Position numbers and translations under genes: made by a program. Source: an uncultured Collinsella sp. (GTDB lineage Bacteria > Actinomycetota > Coriobacteriia > Coriobacteriales > Coriobacteriaceae). From it: DNA of 64,000 bases. Positions 28,112 to 35,605 of this stretch are shown here, piece after piece. Positions within the stretch are counted from its first letter, which is position 1, and every line of letters starts with the position of its first letter. The DNA is taken from contig CAUGNZ010000002.1 of assembly GCA_959601045.1 (NCBI GenBank), forward strand, positions 23,420 to 87,419, written 5' to 3'. Below the pieces are notes generated by a model. That model saw nothing but the letters and a program-made list of their open reading frames with translations. It was not told where the DNA came from and ran no database searches.

Positions 28112-28406
28112 CGTCGTAATACTCAAAAGCGCGCGATATGAGTACGAGAGTATCGTCGGATACCTTGCCCAAATCCTCAAGAATCCGCGCGCAGCGGGCA
28201 ATTTTGTCGCTGAGTTTGAATATCAGCTTGACCTGCTTCGCGAGCAGCCGCTTTTACGTCCCCTCTCGCACATGCAAGAGCTGGCGGCACGTAATTACCG
28301 ATCGTTTCCCGTCAACAACTACGTGTGTCTATACAAGTTTGAGCACGAAACAATCTATATCGCCCATATCTTTCATCAGTCACAGGACTACGCCCGCTTG
28401 GTCTAG
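28101..28406 (+). CDS. Type II toxin, RelE/ParE family
   Basis: 101 aa. C-terminal YRSFPVNNYVCLYKFEHETIYIAHIFHQSQDY is typical of ParE/RelE. Confidence 0.8.
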   Translation: MTYNVVILKSARYEYESIVGYLAQILKNPRAAGNFVAEFEYQLDLLREQPLLRPLSHMQELAARNYRSFPVNNYVCLYKFEHETIYIAHIFHQSQDYARLV

Positions 28407-28505
28407 CCCACAAGCTGAATACTTGGCCCGAGCGCATTTGCGTGTCATTGTGAAGCGGTAATCCCCGCGCCGGCTGGGAGACAGAAGTATCGCCTGTATC
28501 GCTAG

Positions 28506-29270
28506 CTAGCAGATGACCTGCGTGTGCTCCTCGATGGCGGCTCGATCTCCATCAGCAATACCCGGTTCGCACACCACGGCGTCTAAATTGTCCAGGCGGC
28601 AGAAGGTGTAGAAGTCGCGCTTGCCGATCTTGCTGGAGTCGGCGATCAGATAGCGCGAGTCTGCCTTGCTAAAGGCAAGCTGCTGGATACGGCCCTCGTC
28701 CATGTTGGACGTAGACACGTCACCGTCCAAGATGCCGTTGGCGCCGATAAACGCCGCATCGATGCCCAGCGCACGTAGGGCATCCTCGGCCGTCGGCCCC
28801 ACAAAAACGGCAGTGCGGCGGCGGTACATACCGCCCACGAGGCACAGCTCGCAGTCCTCACGCTCCTCGAGCAGGTTGAACACCGAAAGCGAATTGGTCA
28901 CGATACGCAGGCGAAACGTCGGCAGCATCGAGGCCATTTGCTCAACCGTGGTGCCCGTACCCAAAAAGATGGTCGAGCCTTCCTCGATAAGCTCCACAGC
29001 GCGGCGTGCGATCTGCAGCTTTTCCTCGGCATGCTTGGTGCGCTTTTCACTGTGCGAATACTCATGGCGCAACATAGCGTGGGGACGGCCCTGCGCGCTG
29101 CGGGCTCCGCCGTGCACGCGCTCGATCTCGCCCAGACTCGCAAGCTCCTCAAGGTCGCGACGGATCGTCATGTCCGAAACGCCCAGCGCATCCGAGATCT
29201 CCTTGACCGAGACCGTGCCCTGCTCCTCGAGCAGCTGACGAACCTTATCCTGTCGCTCTGCCTTAATCAC
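28506..29270 (-). CDS. DeoR-family transcriptional regulator (LacR-like)
   Basis: HTH VSVKEISDALGVSDMTIRRDLEEL. The start is set at GTG 29270 after GAGGA, giving 254 aa. Confidence 0.85.
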   Translation of the reverse strand: MIKAERQDKVRQLLEEQGTVSVKEISDALGVSDMTIRRDLEELASLGEIERVHGGARSAQGRPHAMLRHEYSHSEKRTKHAEEKLQIARRAVELIEEGSTIFLGTGTTVEQMASMLPTFRLRIVTNSLSVFNLLEEREDCELCLVGGMYRRRTAVFVGPTAEDALRALGIDAAFIGANGILDGDVSTSNMDEGRIQQLAFSKADSRYLIADSSKIGKRDFYTFCRLDNLDAVVCEPGIADGDRAAIEEHTQVIC

Positions 29271-29476
29271 GATGAGTCCTCGCTGTTCTATGCGCGCATA
29301 TCGTTCAAACAATAACGAACAAATTGTATCAGACTCGCGCGTGTTAGAAATGGGCGCCGACGCAGCCCCAATCATCACTTTTTTGAGAAAAATACCCCAT
29401 GCTTTAGTAGGGTGTAGTGATAATCTCCCCTGTTCGCGCTACAGTTTGTCGGAAATACCTCGATGTTAGGAACCAA

Positions 29477-30529
29477 ATGATCACTTCCGAGCTTTTCGGC
29501 ACCGCGCCGTGCGGTACCCCCGTTCATCGTTACACCCTCGACGGGCCCGAGATCTGCGTTCGCATTATGGACTATGGCGCCACGGTGCTTGGTATCGATG
29601 TGCCCGACATTCCCGGCAACGTGCGCGATGTGGTGCTGGGCTTCGATAAGCTCGAGGATTACTTTGACAACCCCGCCTGCTTTGGCGCGACCATCGGCCC
29701 TGTGGCAAACCGCACCGCTGGCGCCACGATCGCCATCGACGGCACGGACTGGCATATGCCCGCCAACGAGGGCGCCAACAACCTGCACAGCGACCTTGAG
29801 CACGGCCTGCACAAACGTGTGTGGGATGTTGAGCTCGACGAGGTCCATAACGCCGTGCGCATGACCACCTCGCTTAAGGACGGCGAGCTGGGCCTGCCCG
29901 GCAACCGAACCTTTACGGCCGTGTTTACCGTTACGCGCACCGGCGTCTTCCGCATCGATTATGGCTGCGAGAGCGACCGCGCCACCTACGTGTCCATGAC
30001 CAACCACACGTACTTTAACCTTGCAGGCCATAACGCCGGCATGGACTGCGAACATTTCTTTGTCGCCAACGCCGCCCACTACCTGCCCATTAACGAGCAG
30101 AACATCCCCACCGGCGAGATTGCTCCGGTCGAGGGAACACCGTTTGACTTTCGCGAGCTTCGCCCCGTCGCACCCGGCATGGAGGCCGACGACCCGCAGA
30201 TCAAGCAGGCCCGTGGCTACGATCACTGCCTGTGCATCGATGGCTATCAGTACGGCCGCAACCTGCGCCGCGCGATGCACGTCGAGGAGATGTGGACCGG
30301 TCGTGAGATGGACTACTACACCACTGCCCCGGGCGTGCAGCTCTACACCGGCAACTGGCTGGGTGACGAGCACGCCAAGGACGACGCCAACTATGGTTGG
30401 GGCGCCGGCTTTGCCCTCGAGGCCGAGATGTACCCCGACACGCCGCACCGCCCGCTGTTCCCCCAGGGCATCGTGGGGCCGGGTCATCCCTATAGCAATG
30501 TGATCGAATATCACTTTATGAGGCACTAA
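29477..30529 (+). CDS. galM: Aldose 1-epimerase (galactose mutarotase)
   Basis: 350 aa with a mutarotase pattern (GPVANR, NNLHS, TNHTYFNL, GFALE). Confidence 0.88.
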   Translation: MITSELFGTAPCGTPVHRYTLDGPEICVRIMDYGATVLGIDVPDIPGNVRDVVLGFDKLEDYFDNPACFGATIGPVANRTAGATIAIDGTDWHMPANEGANNLHSDLEHGLHKRVWDVELDEVHNAVRMTTSLKDGELGLPGNRTFTAVFTVTRTGVFRIDYGCESDRATYVSMTNHTYFNLAGHNAGMDCEHFFVANAAHYLPINEQNIPTGEIAPVEGTPFDFRELRPVAPGMEADDPQIKQARGYDHCLCIDGYQYGRNLRRAMHVEEMWTGREMDYYTTAPGVQLYTGNWLGDEHAKDDANYGWGAGFALEAEMYPDTPHRPLFPQGIVGPGHPYSNVIEYHFMRH

Positions 30530-30556
30530 GCCCACAACGCGACATATCGCACAGCA

Positions 30557-30591
30557 ACGCCCGCCGGCACCACCGCCGACGGGCGTTTTTC
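30557..30591 (+). terminator. Hairpin terminator after galM
   Basis: ACGCCCG ... CGGGCGTTTTT. Confidence 0.75.
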
Positions 30592-30634
30592 ATCTTTTGG
30601 CTCATTTTCGCTGTGACTGTATGAGTGACATATC

Positions 30635-30786
30635 AAAACTATGCCCATTTACTACGTTTAGCCCGGGGTGCTCGACCATGCACCGGTTTTTGTTAAATTC
30701 GCAAGCCGTCTACCTGCGGTTTTGTTTTTCTCAAATTCGACATGCTCGGCGATAGCCGACCAAACGTAGTAAATGGGCATAGTTTT
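30635..30786. repeat. TIR-bounded ~150-bp intergenic element, copy C
   Basis: TIRs AAAACTATGCCCATTTACTACGTTT / AAACGTAGTAAATGGGCATAGTTTT. Core TACCTGCGGTTTTGTT at 30711-30726. Confidence 0.75.
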
Positions 30787-30853
30787 TGACAGGCGGCATC
30801 GCGCGCATCCCTCGCAAGGGCAAAATGATCCGTTTTCCTCCGTCCCCAAGGGA

Positions 30854-31336
30854 TCAGTTGAACAGATTGCCAATGGGGTCGGGGGCGGAACTGGGGAGAT
30901 AACGGATTTCTAGCTCTATGCCGAGCTTTTGCAACTCTTTGAAGGCGGCGATGTCCGTATCGTCTACGGCAATGGCAGGCGTTGCAGAGCGCTTGCCCTC
31001 CCTCGCCCGCATATGGCCGATGCTGATCTTGGTTATTGGCACACCGCCCTTAACCAGCGCGAGTGCATCCGTGGGCGACGCCACCATGATGAGAATCCAT
31101 TGGCGCGGCGTTGCGGTATAAATGATGTCGATGGTCCTTTGCACCGAGAAAAACCGCGTCCAAACGCCTTCTGGCGCCGCCACCCTCATGGGTGCCCATT
31201 GGCACGAATCCGCCGCGATCTCATCGTTGACGATTAAGACAAGATTGGAACCCACGGCTTCGTTCCACAGCTCAACGTCTTGCCCGTAAATGAAACGGTC
31301 ATCGATACGCGTGAGAAGGATCTTGGGTTGAGCCAT
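30854..31336 (-). CDS. Orphan mannose-family PTS EIIB paralog lacking the phospho-acceptor histidine
   Basis: 160 aa. Aligns along its full length with the EIIB at 41714-42196, but RIDNRLVHGQV is replaced by RIDDRFIYGQD. Confidence 0.75.
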   Translation of the reverse strand: MAQPKILLTRIDDRFIYGQDVELWNEAVGSNLVLIVNDEIAADSCQWAPMRVAAPEGVWTRFFSVQRTIDIIYTATPRQWILIMVASPTDALALVKGGVPITKISIGHMRAREGKRSATPAIAVDDTDIAAFKELQKLGIELEIRYLPSSAPDPIGNLFN

Positions 31337-31543
31337 GGCTGCCCCATTCTGTTTGAGACCCATACGAGCGGGACGTCGGCCACCAACTCAACAGCAGGTC
31401 AAGTACCAAATGGGCACTGCAGACATCACGCCTCTAATATTAGTGCATTTAAAGTGAGAAAAGCCGTCAGAACACTTGCGCGGATGTGCGATGTCCCGTA
31501 TCATAGACAGCCGTTGACGCCTCAGTTGCGTCATCACATGGCC

Positions 31544-31619
31544 GCCAGCGTAGCTCAGTTGGTAGAGCACCGCTCTCGTAAAGCGGGGGTCACCGGTTCG
31601 AGCCCGGTCGCTGGCTCCA
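31544..31619 (+). tRNA. tRNA-Thr (anticodon CGU), CCA encoded
   Basis: Manual cloverleaf: acceptor GCCAGCG/CGCTGGC, D-arm GCTC/GAGC, anticodon stem CCGCT/AGCGG with loop CTCGTAA, T-arm ACCGG-TTCGAGC-CCGGT, 3' TCCA. Confidence 0.93.
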
Positions 31620-31630
31620 TTACACAAGAT

Positions 31631-31654
31631 AGCCGCCTTCGGGCGGCTTTTTTG
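31631..31654 (+). terminator. Hairpin terminator after tRNA-Thr
   Basis: AGCCGCC-TTCG-GGCGGCTTTTTT. Confidence 0.85.
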
Positions 31655-31876
31655 TTGCCGAATTTGAGTGCGTGCGCGCCAATCCAAACATCGCCACGTC
31701 AACGGCGGCCCACTCGGTGGACTTCGGGTTTAATGCTTAGGGGCGGGGATTTACCAAAGTGAAATCTTAATGAAAAGAAACCCAGCTGCAACAATTGCCA
31801 TGGTGAGGGCTCAAATTGGCCATATAGATCTAAAATAGTCACAATATACAAATGTCGAGAGATATTGGCGATATAG

Positions 31877-32302
31877 ATGAAAAGAACTAAGGGTTTTCTT
31901 TTGCTGGTATTGATGCTGCTCGGACTGTTCTGCCTGAGTGGCCCTTCTTGGGCCAAGGCTGCCTGTCCTGAAGGTGAGCCTTAGCAGTCTTATACGGGCA
32001 GCCTGCTGATAACTGCTAAGGAGGGCGATGCCGACTCTCAGTCTGGGGTAAATCCCCTTGCCACTTTTGAGGGGGACGGCGGAACGGTCAAGCTTGACCA
32101 TATTGGTAGCGTGATTTTGAGGTGGCAAGTTCTTCCGGACAAAATTGCGAACGATCCCTTCTCTTTTGCTGGAACGATTTATCTATACAAGGTTGTGAGC
32201 GGAAAACAAAAATACGTCGATTGCTATCCGACAAACGGGTCTGGAATTGCATTCACCGGCATTTCGGGGCAGATTGATACACATGTACGAAAGGGAACCT
32301 AA
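31877..32302 (+). pseudogene. Small secreted-protein gene interrupted by an in-frame TAG at codon 36
   Basis: ATG 31877 encodes the signal peptide MKRTKGFLLLVLMLLGLFCLSGPSWA. TAG lies at 31982-31984. The same frame stays open for 105 more codons, to TAA at 32302. Confidence 0.5.
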
Positions 32303-32400
32303 GTGGTGCGTTGGGTTGGAGCTGCTGCAGGTCCGATATGGATTGCGGTCTTGCGCCCCGATGTCCAAATAGGTTTCTCTCTCTAGACGGGAAGTTGCTC

Positions 32401-32766
32401 ATGGACGCCATATATGACGGAGATGACTGGGTCGATCATTATACTTGGCGCCTGGTCGGCTCGAACGACAATGGGGATGTGGTGTTTGATGGACTATGTC
32501 CAAAGCATCTCCATCCTTTTGTCTCGTCGTTAATTGAGAGTTCCGCTCGTGTTGCCCCCTACAGCTCGGCGTTGCTTCATGATACGGACGTTTTGAAGAC
32601 CATAAAGGAATCAATTGACGAGGGCACGATGAGTAGCTTGCTGTTTTCTCGGCTTGTGGGGCTAGATGAGATTGGCTCGAAACGACTGCTTGCGGGCGAA
32701 AAAGTGGAACTCACTTATCGGTCGATGATTTCAATCCTGCGGCTAGCCGATGTTCTTCGCAAATAA
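32401..32766 (+). CDS. Hypothetical protein (possible C-terminal HTH-like segment)
   Basis: 121-aa ORF in the AT-rich region next to the tRNA. Weak GGGAAG RBS. No recognisable family. Confidence 0.4.
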   Translation: MDAIYDGDDWVDHYTWRLVGSNDNGDVVFDGLCPKHLHPFVSSLIESSARVAPYSSALLHDTDVLKTIKESIDEGTMSSLLFSRLVGLDEIGSKRLLAGEKVELTYRSMISILRLADVLRK

Positions 32767-32794
32767 ATGAGGCTTCCCTATTCAAAAACCGAAA

Positions 32795-32869
32795 ACCCCG
32801 CCAAACGTGATTTCCCTAGGGAAAACCCGTTTGGCGGGGTCCTAGCGTGATTTCCCTAGGGGAATCACG
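32795..32869. repeat. Two copies of the palindrome GTGATTTCCCTAGGG(G/A)AA(T/A)CAC, the first nested in a GC hairpin
   Basis: CCCCGCCAAACG[GTGATTTCCCTAGGGAAAAC]CCGTTTGGCGGGG at 32795-32839. CGTGATTTCCCTAGGGGAATCACG at 32846-32869. Same motif as 5464-5485. Confidence 0.8.
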
Positions 32870-32901
32870 CCATCAGACGAACAGCTCAGCCGAGCAGCTC
32901 G

Positions 32902-33375
32902 CTACTCCTCCCAGTAGGCGTCGGCAAGCAACTTAAAGCAGATCTTCTTGACCGGCTGTGCGCCATCGCCCGGGAACTCGAGCGTGGGCATGTGGGGCTC
33001 GCCGGCAACGAACAGCGCGAATTTGTCGTCGGCAAGATCGCCGGCGATCGAGGCGTCGGAATCGACCAGATCATAGTCGTCCTTCTCGTCAAACTCCTGG
33101 ACCAGCGTCAGGCTGCCCGTAGCGACCTTGAAGGCCTCGCGACCCTCGACGTCGATCTGCAGGTCGTGATAGCGCTGATGCGTCTCATAGTGAGCCTCAG
33201 CCTCGGGACGCGTCGTGGGAGACATGACGTTCGCAAAGACCTTCTCACCCAAAATCGGATGGCTGCCGACCTCGAGCTGTGCCGGGTCGTTCTCCTCGAG
33301 CCAGTCGATCAGCACGTCGAGGCCCTTGAGCATTCCGCGGTATTCCTCGATATCGCCCAATGCACCGTAAATCAT
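32902..33375 (-). CDS. YhcH/YjgK/YiaL-family protein (EbgC/NanQ-like beta-sandwich)
   Basis: 157 aa, MIYGALGDIEEY...HYETHQRYHDLQIDVEG... Confidence 0.8.
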   Translation of the reverse strand: MIYGALGDIEEYRGMLKGLDVLIDWLEENDPAQLEVGSHPILGEKVFANVMSPTTRPEAEAHYETHQRYHDLQIDVEGREAFKVATGSLTLVQEFDEKDDYDLVDSDASIAGDLADDKFALFVAGEPHMPTLEFPGDGAQPVKKICFKLLADAYWEE

Positions 33376-33407
33376 CTAAATCCCCTCTCGGATCGTTTAT
33401 TTGGCAG

Positions 33408-33540
33408 CTACTCGGTAAATGCATTACCGACGCTGTTGCCACCCACATACGTCTCGACCAGGGTAAGGTCGGGATTGAACACGACAAACTCGGCGTCGCG
33501 CCCCAGCATAATGCTACCGCACTTGTCGTCGACATGAGCT
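33408..33540 (-). pseudogene. Relic of the 3' end of nagA (last ~43 codons only)
   Basis: Translates to AHVDDKCGSIMLGRDAEFVVFNPDLTLVETYVGGNSVGNAFTE*. The intact nagA at 36266 ends AHIEDKCGGIMPGRDADFVVFDHELTLVETYVGGQSVGNAFTE*. There is no upstream homology or start codon. Confidence 0.8.
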
Positions 33541-33572
33541 AGCAAGCAATGCCGGGGCCGACGCCCAGGCTT

Positions 33573-34508
33573 TTACAGCTCGGTCACGACAACGCCGTTG
33601 TAGACCTCGTCCCAACGGTCCATGACCAGATGGCCGGTCATGGGATCCATGGCATTGAGCTTGCCGCAGGTGTTGGCGGTACGCAGCACCGTCTCGTCAT
33701 CCGCGCCAGCAGCAATCGCATGCGCGAAGCCGGCAATGGTCGAATCGCCAGAGCCCGTAGCGTTAACGGCGGGGATATCGGGGGTCTTGGCGCGGAATGC
33801 ACGGCCATTATGGAAGCCCACGGAGCCGGCAGCGCCCATGGACACGACGACCCAGGGGATATCGGAGAAGCGGGCATCAGAGGCGAGCGCGGCGCGGAGC
33901 TCGTCCACATCGTCGGTGGTAAAGCTCGTGCCCAGAAGGCCGTTAATCTCGGTCAGGTTAGGCTTGACCAGCTCGGGCTTAATTTCGGACTTAAGGGCGG
34001 CCTCGAGCGAAGCACCCGAGGTATCGAGCAGCACCTTGGCGCCGGCGTTCTCGGCAATACCCGTGATCTTGGCGTAGTAGCCCGCCTCGACACCACGGGG
34101 CAGCGAACCCGAGATGGTAACGACAGCGGCCTTGCTCGCAAGCTCGGCGAACTTGGCGGTAAAGGCATCGAGCTCCTCGGGGGCAATCGTCGGGCCGCTC
34201 TCGAGTAGCTCGGTCTGGTTGCCGGCGTGGAGGATGTTAAGGCAAATGCGAGTCTCGCCCTTGATGGGTACAAAATCATTCTTAATGCCGTTGGCATCCA
34301 TGAGCTCGGCCATGTAGGCGCCCATGTGGCCGCCGAGTAGACCGGTTGCCACAACGTCGTCGCCCAGCTGACCCAGTACACGGGCCACGTTGAGACCCTT
34401 GCCGCCGGCGGTCTTTTCGGGCGTCACACGGTTAACGTCGTCGATAATGAGCTCATCGAGCTGATAGCGTGTATCGACGGACGGGTTCATCGTAACGGTG
34501 AGGATCAT
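33573..34508 (-). CDS. lacC: Tagatose-6-phosphate kinase (PfkB family), second paralog
   Basis: 311 aa. Highly similar along its whole length to 15574-16509. TAAGGAG RBS. Confidence 0.88.
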   Translation of the reverse strand: MILTVTMNPSVDTRYQLDELIIDDVNRVTPEKTAGGKGLNVARVLGQLGDDVVATGLLGGHMGAYMAELMDANGIKNDFVPIKGETRICLNILHAGNQTELLESGPTIAPEELDAFTAKFAELASKAAVVTISGSLPRGVEAGYYAKITGIAENAGAKVLLDTSGASLEAALKSEIKPELVKPNLTEINGLLGTSFTTDDVDELRAALASDARFSDIPWVVVSMGAAGSVGFHNGRAFRAKTPDIPAVNATGSGDSTIAGFAHAIAAGADDETVLRTANTCGKLNAMDPMTGHLVMDRWDEVYNGVVVTEL

Positions 34509-34567
34509 TTTTAGCTCCTTATCTCGCAGGCTCCTTGTGCCTCGCGATACGAGTCGACAAAACGGAA

Positions 34568-35449
34568 TTACAGAATCTCAATCGTGAACGAGCGAACGAC
34601 GGTCTCCTTGGGCTTGGCGACAAGGCAGCCACGCTTATGCTCAAGCACGTCGTCCTCATCGGAGCAGGTCGAAAGGCCGCCCCAAGGCTCAACTGCCACA
34701 AAATCACCCTCGGGCTTGCTCCACACAATGAGATATGGGAAGCCCTCAAAGCTCAGGCGAACGCCCTTGTCCTCGCCCTTTTTGGAAAGCGTGACCTGGC
34801 GGCTCTCGAGCACGTCAAAGATGGTCTCCGCAAAATCGAAGAGCTCGTGCGACAGGGGCAGCGTCTTTCCCACCATGGGGTTCTTGGAGCGCTTGTCCAC
34901 GTCAATCAAGCCAGTCGAAGGGACAGCGGTGCAAAGCTCTGCAGCCTCTTCTTTCTCAAAGCGCAACTCGTAGTCCGTATAGGCCTCGCCCTCATCGAGC
35001 GGGCACCTAAAGCCGGGATGCCCACCGATAAAGAACGGCATGTCCTCGGTGCCCTCGTTGGTAACCTCATAGGAGACACGCACGGCGGCGTCCTCGAGCG
35101 TATAGCGGGCGACGAGCCTAAACGGATACGGATAATCGCTCAGCAACGCAGCGTTATCCTCGGACGCCAGACACACAGCCAACTCGTTCTCGCCTTGGCT
35201 CAGCAGCTTCCACTCCTGCTTGCGCGCAAAGCCGTGGCGAGCGAGCTTTACATGATGCCCGGCAAACGTCATGGCACTACCATCGCGCAGGCCTCCGCAA
35301 ATCGGAAAGCAGACCGGCGCCTGGCCGGACCACACGGCGGGGTCACCCTGCCACAAGTACTCGCGACCTCCGGCCTCAATCGAGGTAAACGAACCACCAG
35401 CCGTGGACACCTTAATAGAAATCGAATCGTTGGAGAGAGCGTATTCCAT
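34568..35449 (-). CDS. lacX: Aldose 1-epimerase-family protein (LacX-like), second paralog
   Basis: 293 aa. Collinear with 16563-17444. ATG at 35449. Confidence 0.8.
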   Translation of the reverse strand: MEYALSNDSISIKVSTAGGSFTSIEAGGREYLWQGDPAVWSGQAPVCFPICGGLRDGSAMTFAGHHVKLARHGFARKQEWKLLSQGENELAVCLASEDNAALLSDYPYPFRLVARYTLEDAAVRVSYEVTNEGTEDMPFFIGGHPGFRCPLDEGEAYTDYELRFEKEEAAELCTAVPSTGLIDVDKRSKNPMVGKTLPLSHELFDFAETIFDVLESRQVTLSKKGEDKGVRLSFEGFPYLIVWSKPEGDFVAVEPWGGLSTCSDEDDVLEHKRGCLVAKPKETVVRSFTIEIL

Positions 35450-35605
35450 TGCCCATCCTTTCGAACAACTGCTTTTTGCTCGCAAGTACCCGTCTCGGCT
35501 CTGACCAATGGACAAACCCGCACGCTCATCGATGCGTCCGGTATCCCGGCCATGTAACGGGGTACCATACAGACATTGATGCAATTACAGCTGAAAGGCC
35601 TTCTT

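Noticed and set aside
31388-31702. 104-aa minus-strand ORF overlapping tRNA-Thr
   Set aside because: It is antisense to a canonical tRNA and its terminator and has no coding features.
31982-31984. In-frame TAG as a pyrrolysine or other recoding site
   Set aside because: No pyl genes or any recoding signal are visible in the window, and the context is an AT-rich degraded region. A simple nonsense mutation (pseudogene) is the parsimonious reading.
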